From Octopus sinensis (taxonomy: Eukaryota): a DNA stretch of 64,000 nucleotides. Location: the NCBI RefSeq assembly GCF_006345805.1, contig NC_043013.1, forward strand, positions 55,676,001-55,740,000. The letters run 5' to 3'. Positions within the stretch are counted from its first letter, which is position 1. Each line of letters starts with the position of its first letter. The notes beneath the pieces are model-generated. The model did no database searches. It saw only the letters and a program-made list of their open reading frames with translations, and had not been told where the DNA came from. This document shows positions 27,236 to 39,950 of the stretch, in pieces. Position numbers and translations under genes: made by a program.

Positions 27236-27264
27236 CTGTCCCTTGACCTGCAAGGTATGGAGAG
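27236..27264 (-). other. Possible 29-nt or 12-nt microexon
   Basis: ttattttag|ctctccataccttgcag|GTCAAGGGACAG|gtaag. Confidence 0.25.
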
Positions 27265-29009
27265 CTAAAATAACACTTTACTGGCTTGAAAAACAGATGA
27301 CACACTGAAATAATAGAATCCAAGATACACTGTGTTTGAGAAAAACACAGATCAAATAAATGGAAATACACATTGGGTAAAGTTATAATAAATACATGTC
27401 TGAAAGAAAATATGCATGTGATGGTCATGACTAGAAAGCCCTAAATCCTAGCTCTCCTTAATGGGGGCTGACCTGGGGCTACATAACAACAATAATTATA
27501 AAAAGGAATGTTACAATACTCCAGGCTAGTGGTCGATAAATTGATATTTTCATAGGTAGGTGACTATCATTTGTTTGTTAGAAAATTCTAAGTTGTGAAT
27601 GGAGTCATTGCATTAAAACAGAACGAAATTACATTATTGTACATCAGGTGATATAGTGATTTACCTAAGTATGGTTTCCTTTCAAAATTATACATAAATT
27701 TAGAAATATTTCATGAAGAAGTTGATGCTATCAATGTTTTAGTAAATGCAGCAATAGCTGTTACCTACATTGTCTTTTTCCCTTTCGATGTTACTTCTGA
27801 AAGTGACAATAACATGGAACTGATGTCTGACACAAATGAGAAGAATTTATTTTGACATTGTATAATTGATAAATAGACTCGGCAATAATTTCTGGCTTTT
27901 AACGTTGTTGCCGAAAATTGATGTTTAAAACAAACAACATGAATGTAAGTTAGTTACTTGTTCAGGCAAATTTCGGTTGGTCTTTCAGCAGAATTTGTGA
28001 TATTAATTTGTCTTCCTTTAAAAGAAGGAAATAATTGATTTCTGTACAATTGTAAGACAGTGAAATGGGAGAAGAGCTATGTTTTATAGAATTTCTCATG
28101 TTCTTTGACTTTTAATCTATTCAGTCTTCTATAATTGTTTTGCAGACTCCAGCAGCATACATCTAGACAATATGTATGTGAGTAACAATGCTACTTTTGT
28201 GGAATGGAAAAGGTGATTAGTAGATATGTTGTAAATTGGCATTGAAAGAAAGGTAGAATTATATTATGCAATAATTATATTATAACTTGAGAAAACTAGT
28301 AAAATGAGGAGGATTAGAAGAACAGAAAAATGCCTTGCCAAAACAAGATTAGAGCTAAAACTTCACTAGACTCACATTGCTTCTGAATGTCTGCTAGAGA
28401 GAGAATCATTAAAAAAATTGTTATAATGAAATTAACAAAGTAAGCAGTAAATTTTATTTGAAACTGGCTGTTAGCTTAAGACCATTTGAGATGATGGGAA
28501 AAATTTAATGCTATGTAAAAGGTACCATGTAAAACCAGTATTACATTTAATCAAGGATTTACACTTTAGAAATGTACCACACTAAAGAAATTTTAAATGT
28601 CTTAAGTTAACTCTTTTGATGTCAATCCATTCAATCCCCCCACCCTGGTTCTATGATACAAATTTGTTTTAAAGTTACCTAAATTAAAATTTCCAATTAA
28701 AATTTTACTTTAATTTGTTCCAAACACAAATTAATAATGACAGTTATTTTACAAAATTTTTCATTATTTTCAAAATTAATTGAAACACAGACAGAGTATT
28801 TTAACTGAAATTTAGCAATAAAAAGCATTAAATATATTGAAATATAATTGCACCAAGCAAATATTTGCCAATTCTTGAAATATTGTAGTGTTAACTCAAA
28901 TGATGCCATTCTTATCATCCATTCTTTTGTGATGCAGTGAATGGATATAAGAACAGAGGTTGTAACAGAGGGGTAAACATTTTAATGGCTGGTTGAGTGC
29001 TGGAAGAGT

Positions 29010-29197
29010 GCTACCTGGTTCCAGGGCCTGTTTTTATGTTTTGAGTTCAAATTCCGCTGACGTTGACTTTGACCTTTCATCTTTTCAGGGTCGATTAAAT
29101 AAGTACCAGTTATGCACTGGGGGGAGGGGGTCAATGAAATAAACTAGCTCATTCCCCCAAATTTCAGGCCTTGTGCCTATAATTGAAATTATTATTA
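29010..29197 (+). mobile_element. SINE family C
   Basis: gagttcaaattccgctgacgttgactttg...gggtcgattaaataagtaccag...caggccttgtgcctata. Confidence 0.8.
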
Positions 29198-29839
29198 CTG
29201 GTTCCATTCTTGAAATGAATACTTTCACTCCAAGACAAACACTGGTGAAACACAATGTTTTATTCATAGTGATAACCAGATGTGAAGGGAACAAAAAATT
29301 TTATGAGTTATTCTTAGAAGTCTGAATGGGCACCAGTAGTTAATAGCAATTAATAGAAAAGATTTCTGATTAAATAAGACTTCTGACTGGAATGTTTTCT
29401 TAACTGGTAGAATTCACGTCAAAGTGTAATGATCTACTAGACAGCTATCCAGGTGATATCACCTGTAGATGAAGGGATTCCACAATGTGCATCGTGTATT
29501 AATGTCTGAGTTCTGCTGTACCACAGGGAACCTCACAGCCAAGATCCCACCTCCCAATGCATTCAAGGGGACCCCCATGTATATCTTCCCAGTTCTTGTC
29601 AAGCACTGTTAACTAAGTCTGACAAGAGAGATAACTTCCTATTTCTAAAAATCCCAAAGAGCATTCAGAACATCACATTGAGAAATGTTAAAAGGTTTGG
29701 AACATGCTATGACTCAAAATCAAAATATACGAGATGACAAAGGACCGAGATATCTGTCCTCCACAGCAAAAGTGTTATGGCCATATCCTCTGGTGAAGAG
29801 GGTTAGCCTGCAAGGGTCCTGTGTCTGTGCCATGGGAAA

Positions 29840-30053
29840 AGCACTCATGCTGGTGCTATGTAAAAGGCACTCATGTCTGTGCCACATAAAAGCACCCAGT
29901 ACACACTGTAAAGTGATTGGTGTTAGAAAGGGCATCTAGCTGTGGACAGCAAGCCAAATCAAACTGGAACCAAGTGCAGCTTCCCAGCTCTGGTCAAACT
30001 GTCCAACCCATGCCAGCAAGGAAAGCGGACGTTAAAGAGTGATGATGATGATG
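29840..30053 (+). mobile_element. RTE-type 3' tail copy with (GAT)n
   Basis: Similar to 1-215. Confidence 0.8.
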
Positions 30054-30601
30054 TATTGTATTATATTGACATGTTTATTACATAATACAGAGTATACAAC
30101 TTAGCTTGTTACAGAATAAAACTGGAAATGCATCTGTGGCTACAAAGGAGATGATGGTGAAGCAACTGTGAAGTGGTTTACAGTTTAACTTAATACTATA
30201 ATTGCTAACAAACAGATAACGACATCAAACGATGCAGAGTTGTAATGATATAAGAAGATTTTAACTATGAAACCCAGACATGTCAAGTGATGTCAGAGTT
30301 AAAGAATAGTTTAAATGTAGAAGAGGTGTGAACAGAATATCAACAGAAATGTCTTTTATTTAAGGGAGAGAAATACTTGGTCTGTTATTCCTTCCTGAAA
30401 CATTTTACCAACATGTTGTTACTTTCTATATGAAAGAAAGTTGCTATTCTGACATGGCATCAACATGTGAGTTGATTCCTTGGAAATGTGGTTGCCATAG
30501 TGACCAATCTCTTGGATGGCAATTGAAGTAGCAAGTTTCCTAACTTGGAAAAAGTAACTGATTAAAAATTCCAAAGACTTCATGAACGCTGAGTCTGCTG
30601 C

Positions 30602-30705
30602 AGTATTTAGTAGAAATACAGATACGGTTGAATGAGTATTTAGTAGAAATACAGATACGGTTGAATGAGTATTTAGCAGAAATACAGATATGGTTGAATG
30701 AGTAT
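30602..30705. repeat. 33-bp tandem repeat, 3.1 copies
   Basis: agtatttagtagaaatacagatacggttgaatg at 30602, 30635 and 30668 (two substitutions in copy 3). Confidence 0.95.
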
Positions 30706-32838
30706 ACTCCTGAAAATATAAGGTATGAGTGTATCCATCACTGACCAGTAAGGAGTCTGAGCATCAACAAGACAATTCTGGTTTGATAACAAAACTACAG
30801 GCAGCTTCAAATGGGTCTTTTCTGTGTAAATTTTGGGCACCAAAATAATTTACATAATAGCACTAATTCATAAAATGGTAATTACGTGACATTGTCTGCT
30901 ACAGAAGAGACTTTGTACTAAAAAGAAGCAGTCTGATTGGTTGAAAATAGTTAAGAAAACAGAGAAAAAGAGGAATCCTGTAATAGTTCTTAGTGTTCAC
31001 AGCTCCTTCAGCATTTGGTTGATTGGTATCAATAAAGGATGGAAACAGAATTTACAGAACAAGCAGATGTGAATGTTGCAGGGTCAGTGTCTAGGGAGCA
31101 TCTGAAGTAGAATAATACAAAAAAATGTGTGTGGTTGGTAATGCAGACCAACTTTGAATTGTACTCCATCATGTTGTATAAAGATGGCACACATTAGATA
31201 ATATTGTACTACATAGAGCTAAAAACCCAGATGAATATGAATGGAATGTTTTTGTTTGATCAGAGTTGACCTTGGATCAAGAAGAAGAATAACAACAACA
31301 ACAACAACAACAACAAAACCAACAACAGCAACATCTTTCAGTTCTATAAGGAAAATGTCCACAATGTAAAGAGATATACATTCGATACTGGCAAATCCTC
31401 TTTCACCAATGGTCTCTATCCATTGTGATGCCAGAAGCTTTATTGAAGCTAATATTGCAGCAGTCCACCAAGCTGTAAGTAGGTACCACACAATGACAGC
31501 TAAATAGATCTGACAAGAGTTTCCTTGGTTTAGAGAAGAATGGAATATATTTCATTGATTTAGATTCAAGTGAGAGGAGGAACCTGCTGTGATTTGATGA
31601 GTTATTACGGGAAGAGAGAGAGAGAGAGAGAGAGAGGGAAGAAAGAAATAAATAAGGTGGGAAGAGAGATGAGATATAAATACAATTCAGAGGGCGAAGA
31701 GATGTAGAGAATAGGAAAGGAAAATTTAGTGAGATGAAAGAAATACGAGAGAGAGAGAGAGAAAGAGAGGTCTCTTGGTTTTAGAATAGGGACTACAAGT
31801 CAGATGGGATGACTAAAAAAAGAGTTATTGATGGGAAGGGTTTATGAACTGAAGGTATTGGTTCAAGAAATTTGACTCATGAAGGCATGGAAAAGGGAAA
31901 GTAAAACACTGCTAATTATAAAGATGAGATATCAGAGAGAAAGAGAGATAAGGGGAGTAAAAGAGAAAAGTATGAGAAAAAGTGAGAGAGGAAAGAGAGA
32001 AAGAGAGGAAAGAGAGAAAAAGAAATAAGAAAGAAGCTTTCAAACTCAGACACATATTTTACAGTTCCATTCATTTATCTAGTGACATTGAGGGAGTGTC
32101 CTACCAGAAATAGCAGTCAAAACCCACTTCAATTATACCCTACTACATTACATAAAGAAAGTTACTGTGGGAGGTGGTCATAATTGGAATGCCTTTGATC
32201 ATAGTTTTGATCGATCAACAATAACAGTGTCCATTTGTAAATACTGGCATAAGTTGGATATGTTTTAAGAATGTGTTCCTAGATTGGATATTTTCCACCT
32301 CATTAATATTCTGGTTCTAAATTGCTTCTTATGAAGTGCTAGCGATACTTATTAACTGTATAAATATATGTATATTACATAGCTTTATCATTTATTTATA
32401 TTGCACATTTATGTATGAAGATAGTTTTTTTCTTTTTTTTTGGCAGGAGATCAGAGTTGATCTGTGGCTACAACCAAGATGAATTCATAGCATTCTGCAA
32501 TTCATCATAAAAAAATCCTGCTAGAAACAAAGAAGCACTGATACAGGCACCAGAGTTCTGATTGTCTAGAATAGGGGTTCTCAACCATTTTTTGCCTATG
32601 GATCCCTTTCATACTTATTTTACTCCACTGGACCCTCATAGCCATTTAATGTCCATAAAAATGTTATTGTTTTTTTTATATAATTGAATATTAATAGTTA
32701 CGGAGATGTACTCGCATAGCAAGTAATTTGATCTGAGATCGTGTGCTGAAACGAAAACAATTGCAGCGTGGAAGGTGTTTATAAGCCATTTAAGAAACAT
32801 ACAAAAGTCGTTCGATTCACTTCAACATTTAAGTTTAA

Positions 32839-32888
32839 TTTGTCAAAATATTTTCGTCGCTAAAATCCGCGACCTGTTCACTGACAAA
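32839..32888 (-). ncRNA. Hammerhead motif, G3-C8 core variant
   Basis: TTTGTCA-GTGAACA-G-GTCGC(ggatttta)GCGAC-GAA-AATATT-T-TGACAAA. Confidence 0.75.
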
Positions 32889-32910
32889 AATCCGTGCTGC
32901 ATCACGGATT

Positions 32911-32961
32911 TTTGTCAGTGAACAGGTCACAGTCTGAAAGCGACGAAAATATTTTGACAAA
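32911..32961 (+). ncRNA. Hammerhead motif, G3-C8 core variant (inverted copy)
   Basis: TTTGTCA-GTGAACA-G-GTCAC(agtctgaaa)GCGAC-GAA-AATATT-T-TGACAAA. Confidence 0.7.
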
Positions 32962-33095
32962 TTAAACTTAAATGTTGAAGTGAATCGAACGACTTTTGTG
33001 TGTTTCTTAAATGGCTTATAAACACCTTCCACGCTGCAATTGAATATTAATAGGAATTATATGAAATAAATTGTCAAAATATTTTGTGTATTTTA

Positions 33096-34060
33096 ACGAG
33101 GATCAGCTGAAAAGTTCATAGGCTCACCGAGATACTCTCATGGAGTATGACCAAATGATATTTATTCTTCAACATAGAACTCCCTTGTAGTCTACACCTT
33201 TCTTGTGGTGCTTAGATCCCATTGGTGAAGGAGCTGTCATGCTGTTGGTCAAAAAAGTCCTCAACAGTAGATGTGACATCATCACTGCACAACTGGTTCC
33301 AAACCAAGTGTTTATTCAAGTTGGAGAATAGATGATACCCAGATGAGGCCAAATCAGGTGGGTAGGGAGAGTAATCAACCAGTTTAAAACCATCCACATA
33401 CAACAGCCTTTGAAACCAAGGACCTTGGTGTGCTAGAGCATTGTCCTGATGAAACCAGATCCCTTTGGTCTTAACTACCTTAGTAAGTTGGCATAGAACA
33501 CTCCATTGATGGCATGGTCTTTTTCAAGTTAGTCAATAAACATGATGCCTTTTCTATCCCAAAAAACCAAGGCCATCACCTTCACTGCATATGAAACAGC
33601 CTTGGCCTTCTTTGGAGCAGAGGAGTAGGGTTGTCTCTTTGTCAAAATAATTAACCCGACACTCATTCTCTGCCTGAAATAATATCAGATTTTCGTGTGA
33701 TGTGATCAGCCTGATGTACTTTTGATCAGGTGTCAGAGGACAGGACTCCAAATGAGCAGAAACCCTTGTCATGCCGAATTCATTGCACAGAATATTCTCA
33801 ACTTTCTCACAGATCATGCTTACAGCATTGGCTATTTGATTTATTGCCAATGCTTTCCTTAGTAGTAGCAGTTGCAAGACGTCCAGACATTGAGCCATCT
33901 TCAAGACTCTCCCTTCATCTCCTAAATTCAGCTGCCCACTTTTGCACCGACAATGGAATATTGTCCTCACATCTTAGGTGGTACTGTTACACATTTAGAC
34001 ATCCCAGGTCACATTGTACAAAAGGAGGTCAGTGAACTGAATGACCTCAAGTCACCTTCC
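33096..34060 (-). mobile_element. Decayed mariner transposon
   Basis: TIR-like acgaggatcagctgaaaagtt; YSPYPPDLASSGYHLF corresponds to HPPYSPDLAPxDYHLF; IANAVS...ILCNEFGMTRVSA...LTPDQKxxR corresponds to the HTH/linker; frameshifts and deletions. Confidence 0.9.
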
Positions 34061-34169
34061 AATAAGTTCCAATTAGAAAGAGAACATACCTGCTGCTTCC
34101 CATCTCTTCCTTATTTTACCACTACTACTGCTACAGTGACCTCTACTTATCAGAGTTGTTGGCTCTCAT

Positions 34170-34400
34170 GTCATGTCCAGGCACTCCAAACTCACACATT
34201 TCTCCTCTTTCATAGAGTGCCCCACCCCACCTCAGATTCGTCCACCAATGAACCCCTACATCCAGTCCTTCCTCCTCAGGATGTCGTCCCTCTGGAATCC
34301 CTATCCCGTTTCCTATATTTTTTCTTCAGATGTCAACTTATCAATATCAAAGAAAAGCATCAACTCTGTTGATTTCACTTGTCTTGAAGGCATTGGGCAT
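34170..34400 (+). mobile_element. CR1/L2-group LINE ORF2 C-terminal relic
   Basis: YIQSFLLRMSSLWNPYP...KKSIN resembles SFxPRxxxLWNxLP...FKxxxN. Confidence 0.55.
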
Positions 34401-34446
34401 GGCTCCTTTCTGCAGACCAAATTAAAAAAGCAAGTTTGATATCAAA

Positions 34447-34650
34447 TATTATTTTCAAATTTCAGCACAAGACCAGCAATTTCAGGGCAGGGATTAAGTC
34501 AATTACATCAACCCCAGTACTTAACTGGTACTTATTTTATTGAACCTGGAAAGATAAAAGTCAAAGCCAACCTTGGCAGAATTTGAACCCAGAACAAAAG
34601 GACAGTTGAAATGCAGCATTTTTGCTAATGATTCTGCCAGCTTGCTGCCT
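34447..34650 (-). mobile_element. SINE family C
   Basis: Similar to 14800-15062. Confidence 0.8.
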
Positions 34651-35562
34651 TAATTTTATGCGAAATATTACCAATATGTTTGATTTAAACTGTTTTGTGT
34701 TTAGCACAAAAATAAGAAACCAAAATCACAGTAAAATCACATTTAAATGTTTAAAACAATTTCCTTGAATAAAAAAGATAAATTATTGAAATTTCTGCTG
34801 TGAAGTAAAAATGAGAAGGAAATAAATTTTAGTGAAGTTTTCCCTGTTCCATTGTCAATGAATTAGGTTTGTGGTTCCTTAATTTACTTTGAAATTAATA
34901 ATGGAATCGAAATCTTTGAGGGATAATAAGAGTGATTAAAATTTAAAGCACTATTTTAAAGAAATATTGCACTACAGAACATTCTTCAATAACACACAGA
35001 ATTGTATTTTTAAGAGTTGAAAGGAAAAGAAAACACAAAACTCTTTCCATAATGAGTAGTAAAATTTGCATTGATAATAATATTAGTTTTTCATTTGGAT
35101 AATTATGAAATATAGAAAGATTTTATAATTATTTCTCGGCACATGCAAAGTGATTAGATGGCAATAACTTTAAAGTATTCATTTATGTTCTTAACTACTA
35201 ATGGAAAATAAGCATAATTTTATTTCCTTTCTATTTGAAAAATCTAAAACTACTGACAGATTTTGCGAATTTTAATGTTATTATACTGTCATTTTTAAAA
35301 ACTATTATTAATATCACTTTCACTAGATTGGAATATAGAGGAAATCAATTTTTGTTCTGTGATGATAGGTGTAAACTTTTAATCTGTGTAGAATGGATTT
35401 TAATTGGACTCTTAGGATATCATTTCAAAATTTTAAATTCAAACTAAATGAAAAGACTGCAGATATTCTCTTCAAATTCTATCACTTTCAATATTCCTAA
35501 GACATTTATTTTCTGATTTTAAGTAATCAATTTCCTATTTTAAAACAAACTTTTTCTTCCAG

Positions 35563-35637
35563 ATGAGTGTTCAGTGAAAGATATTGTGTAATTTTGAAGA
35601 AGAGGTTATGCAAAACCGACATTAATTGATCCAGAAG
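35563..35637 (+). other. Possible non-coding exon (75 nt)
   Basis: ctttttcttccag|ATGAGT...CAGAAG|gtaata; stops in all three frames; AT-rich unique flanks. Confidence 0.4.
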
Positions 35638-36164
35638 GTAATATTGCCTTCTCAATACCTTTCTAGTTACTTACTCTCGTTGAATGTGGAATCAAAATTC
35701 GACAAATTTGCTAGAAAATTATTCTCTGTCAGACAATTGTAAAAAGTAATTTCAGACCTGTTAATTCAATGCAGATGTCAATCAATCTTTGAAGCTCAGT
35801 TGATGTGAGCAAAGAATAAAAAAACTTCTTTGCCTCCTATCAAAAATTCACATCAAATTAACTATACAAAAGATTACAGAAAAAGATGAAAATAATTTAC
35901 AAAAATGAAAACTAAAGTCTCTTTTCTCAATTCCATTTTTCAAGGAAAATTATAACTCTAATTTCTCACACCTAATTTCATTTAATTTACAACTGATTTC
36001 TGTGGTCAGTCAGGAAAAGGAAAGCAATATTCTTCATAATATTTCAAACTTACAAAGTCACACACTCAAAATATTTGCTACTGACAATTCTTAAGATCTT
36101 TTCTTTTTATTTGTTTCAGTTCTTCAAGTATGAACCAACAGTGGTACCATTCTCAAGAAATGCA

Positions 36165-36372
36165 GTCAGAGCTGGCAGAATTGTTAGCATGCCAGGTGAA
36201 ATGTTTAGCAGTATTCCGTCTGTCTTTACCTTCTGAGTTCAAATTTCACCAAGGTCAACTTTACCTTTCATTCTTTTGGGGTCGATAAATTAAGTTTCCA
36301 GTTGTGTACTGGGTTTGATCTAATCGACTGGCCCCTTCCCCAAAAGTTCAGGCTTTGTGACTAGAGTAGAAA
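36165..36372 (+). mobile_element. SINE family C
   Basis: gagctggcagaattgttagc...ctgagttcaaatt...ggggtcgataaattaag. Confidence 0.85.
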
Positions 36373-36692
36373 ATATCCCAGTTTATTTTGTGATTGTCAT
36401 TTCTTTTCCCTTTAACCTTGGAGGAATGAAACAAAAAGGTAACATAAGCAGGATTTGAACTCAGGAACTAATTTGGTGCCATATGACTTTTTAGGATTGC
36501 TACTCTACTGATTCTATCACCACCATCATCACCACCATTGCCATCATCAATGTCACCATCATTGTCAGTATTTAACATCCACTTTTCTATATGTTGCACA
36601 GGTCAGATGCAAAATGCTGAGGCAGTTTTTCTATGGCCAGATACCTGGAAACCAACCCCATAACTTGCATGAGGGCAATGCCTGTTTATAAT

Positions 36693-36988
36693 CAGTGGTG
36701 AACTGGCCAGGTTGTCAGCTTGCCTGATGGCATGTGGGCCTCTGTGCCATTAGAATCCATATATGGGGGCCCATCCCTTCAAGTTTGAGAATTTCTTATT
36801 CAATCCTGGAAGAATGCATTAATTATTTCAGCCTGGCTGCGTTTGTAGACAGTTGAAAGGAATACTCTAGCAAAAAGAAAAAATTAAATGATAGTATTGT
36901 AGTTGTGGGTGGGACCCCTTGTAGTTGCAGGTAGGCTCCACCCCTTAGTCTACTGGCAACCAATATTTTGAGACCCAGTCCACCATTG
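36693..36988. mobile_element. hAT-type MITE with 8-bp TSD
   Basis: TIR cagtggtgaactgg / ccagtccaccattg (12/14); TSD tttataat / tttacaat. Confidence 0.8.
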
Positions 36989-37040
36989 TTTACAATCATT
37001 GCATGATAACAAGACAAGGGAAAACAGATAGACACACACA

Positions 37041-37084
<44 letters not shown>

Positions 37085-37191
37085 GGACTTCTTTCAGTTT
37101 CTATGGACCAAATCCACTGACAAAGCTTTGGTCAGCCTGAAGCTTTAGTGGATGTTCAACCTGACCAAGGTACCATGTAATGGGGCTGAAC

Positions 37192-37236
<45 letters not shown>

Positions 37237-37411
37237 GATTATTATTATTATTATTTCAATGTTTAAACAGAGTGGTGAATTGGTAACATCATTAGAGCAC
37301 TAGCAAAAACATCTCATGGCATATAGTCCAGCTCTTTGTGTTCTCAGTTCAAATCCAACTGAGGTCATCTCTGCCTTTTATCATTCTGTGCTTGATAAAA
37401 AGCAGTACCAG

Positions 37412-37571
37412 CACTAGTGTAGCAAGAGTGTGTGCCACCCGGGGCAGCACTTCTGTTTCTCATGCCCACACACCAGAAAAATCACATATTGCCTACAACA
37501 GGCCCCAAAGTGTGGCCCCTTTAAAAGTGCTGCCTGGGATGGACTGCCCTCACCCTGTATCTCTGCTAGTG
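37412..37571. mobile_element. 160-bp MITE inserted in a family C SINE, perfect 8-bp TSD
   Basis: agtaccag at 37404-37411 and 37572-37579; ends cactag/ctagtg; internal inverted repeat cccggggcagcac/gtgctgcctggg. Confidence 0.75.
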
Positions 37572-37927
37572 AGTACCAGTCATGTACTATGACCGATTCA
37601 GTTGTCTACTGCATCCCTTCCACTACCAAATGACTGGCCTTGAGACAATGCTAAAAGGTAATATCTTAATGGCTGAATCAGTCATAGCGAAACTGACGAA
37701 CTTTGGACTGCACCATTGAAACATAACAACTGACAAAGGAGAAATAAAAACATAATAAACTTGTGTATGTATGTAAATAGATATATATGTAGCTTATGCA
37801 ATATATGTAGATAAATGTATATATATATATATATATATACACATACATGTGTGTGCATATATATACACACACATGTATGTATATATATATACACATACAT
37901 GTGTGTGTGTATATATACACACATATG

Positions 37928-37971
<44 letters not shown>

Positions 37972-38043
37972 CATGTGTATATGAATATATATATTTATAT
38001 ATATATATTATATATGTGTATATATATATACATACAAATATAT

Positions 38044-38074
<31 letters not shown>

Positions 38075-38784
38075 TGATAATTGTTTAAATATACCTTGAA
38101 ACAATTATCATATTAAAAGTGTGCAAAAACTAGTTTTTTTTTGTCTTGAATAATTGATATTTGTAAACAGCCAGTCTGGAACCTGACAACAATAAAATAT
38201 TTTAATCTCTTGAGGAAGAAAAATGTACTTTTTTGTTTTTGTGCCCTATTTTATTTATTTATTTTTTTTGTTAATATCAAAAAGCAAAATACTTCAGTAT
38301 TAGGGGAAACAAAATTCTTATCATAATCATTTGTGAATAATTAATTTTTCACTAATTACATAGGGTAGATAACTCTGTATTGTCCTCATTATGATAGATT
38401 ATTTAGCACAACTGAGCAAAGCTTGTTCCAGACCCAGCCAAAAACCTTTCTCCCTGGTGGCTGCACAATAACTAATATTTCAACCAAGGGCCCAGGAACA
38501 GGGGTTGTAGGAGGTGCGTTTGCACCCCTTAAAATTTTTGTGGTGTGCAAACTCAAACTTTCCACCCCCTCCATACATTGCCTGGTTTAGAAGACTGTGT
38601 CTAAAAACTGATCTGTAAAAAGTTGCTTGAAGTTAGGTTTCTTTTCAAAACAAGAACAAAGGAGAAAAATAAATTGATAAAAAAAGTCTAAAAGGTTAAC
38701 TGGTGAAGCTGGTCATAGAATTCTCATGGAAATTCTAGAAAGATATACTACTGAACTAAAACATCATCAACATCAAAATTCAAA

Positions 38785-38827
<43 letters not shown>

Positions 38828-38974
38828 TTCGAAACACGAAGTAGATAAAAAAAAGAGACAACTGAAGAAGAGGAATATTCCGTGTGTTGCATGTCTCGTT
38901 TCTATGTTTTTGTTTTTATGTTTTCGTTTCTCATTGTGATCAACGTTCTTTTGATGTCCTGTACCCATATATGC

Positions 38975-39073
<99 letters not shown>

Positions 39074-39282
39074 TATATGCATATATATATATATACATAT
39101 ATATACATATGTTCGAAGGTTATAATGGATACAGATCGTGTATGAATAGCTATCTTGATGGCTGTGGCCTCATGGAGCTGACCATGGCAGCGATTATTCT
39201 TATATCTATAAGAATGCCATATTAATATGGCGATAACAATTAACATATATATATACATATATACACATATATATATATATTC

Positions 39283-39333
<51 letters not shown>

Positions 39334-39344
39334 CACACATATAT

Positions 39345-39383
<39 letters not shown>

Positions 39384-39420
39384 CATATATCATATATATA
39401 TACATTTATATATATATATA

Positions 39421-39950
39421 TTTTTTATAGTTTCAGCTCAGAGCTGCGGCCATGCTGATGCACCGCCGTTTTGTGCTACACTGTTATTACGAAGAACTTC
39501 GTCTAATATGTGGCACTTGGTGAAGAATGGAGTTTGATATAGCTACTCTCATTTGCACCTCTTGCCGCGAGGTAGGTTCATCTGGGACTCTTGACAGGAA
39601 GATGTCCAGCTTTGATTTAAAAACTGCTACATCTACTTTGTGCAAGTTCCTCAGACTCTTTGGGAGAATATTGAAAAGCCGTGGGCCCTTGAAACCCAGG
39701 CTGTTACAGAAGCTGGTCCTGAAGCGTGATGGCATTGCTGGGATCTTTGGCACTATGCAGTGTCATCCCGTTCTAGCATTGGTGTAGCTTACAATGCCAA
39801 AATTTGGCACAATTCCTTCCAGGATCTTCCAGACATATATTACTGCATACCTCTCCTGTCTTCTCTCCAGGGAGTAGAGTCTTAGCTGTTTCAACCTTTC
39901 CCAGTAGCTGAGCTGTTGCAAAGAGACGATCTTCTTTGTGAATCTTCTTG
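39421..39950 (-). mobile_element. 5'-truncated CR1-clade LINE (ORF2 C-terminus plus 3' UTR)
   Basis: RRFTKKI...LSYWERLKQLRLYSLERRQERY...GPRLFNILPKSLR...FKSKLDIFL; one in-frame stop. Confidence 0.92.

Larger units (their letters stand above)
32698..33037 (-). mobile_element. Penelope-like insertion forming a 285-bp palindrome, with 16-bp TSD
   Basis: Arms 32758-32896 and 32903-33042; AATTGAATATTAATAG at 32682-32697 and 33038-33053; hammerhead motif in each arm. Confidence 0.85.
32571..33095. mobile_element. hAT-like MITE left part, interrupted by later insertions
   Basis: Starts taggggg-ttctcaacc (Charlie-type terminus); right end not found. Confidence 0.4.

Noticed and set aside
30602-30705. 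CRISPR-like 33-bp repeats
   Set aside because: Units are contiguous with no spacers, there are no cas genes, and the context is eukaryotic.
37672-37715. Hammerhead-like ctgaatcagtc...actgacgaac
   Set aside because: The core lacks a complementary 3-8 pair and GAAA; no stem I or III.
38826-38965. Hammerhead half-motifs (ccttcgaaacacg; ctgaagaag)
   Set aside because: The halves are in the wrong order and I could not build stems; at most a truncated PLE piece.
39196-39231. Adjacent short palindromes (ttcttata..tataagaa; gccatattaatatggc)
   Set aside because: Short and AT-rich; no supportable function.
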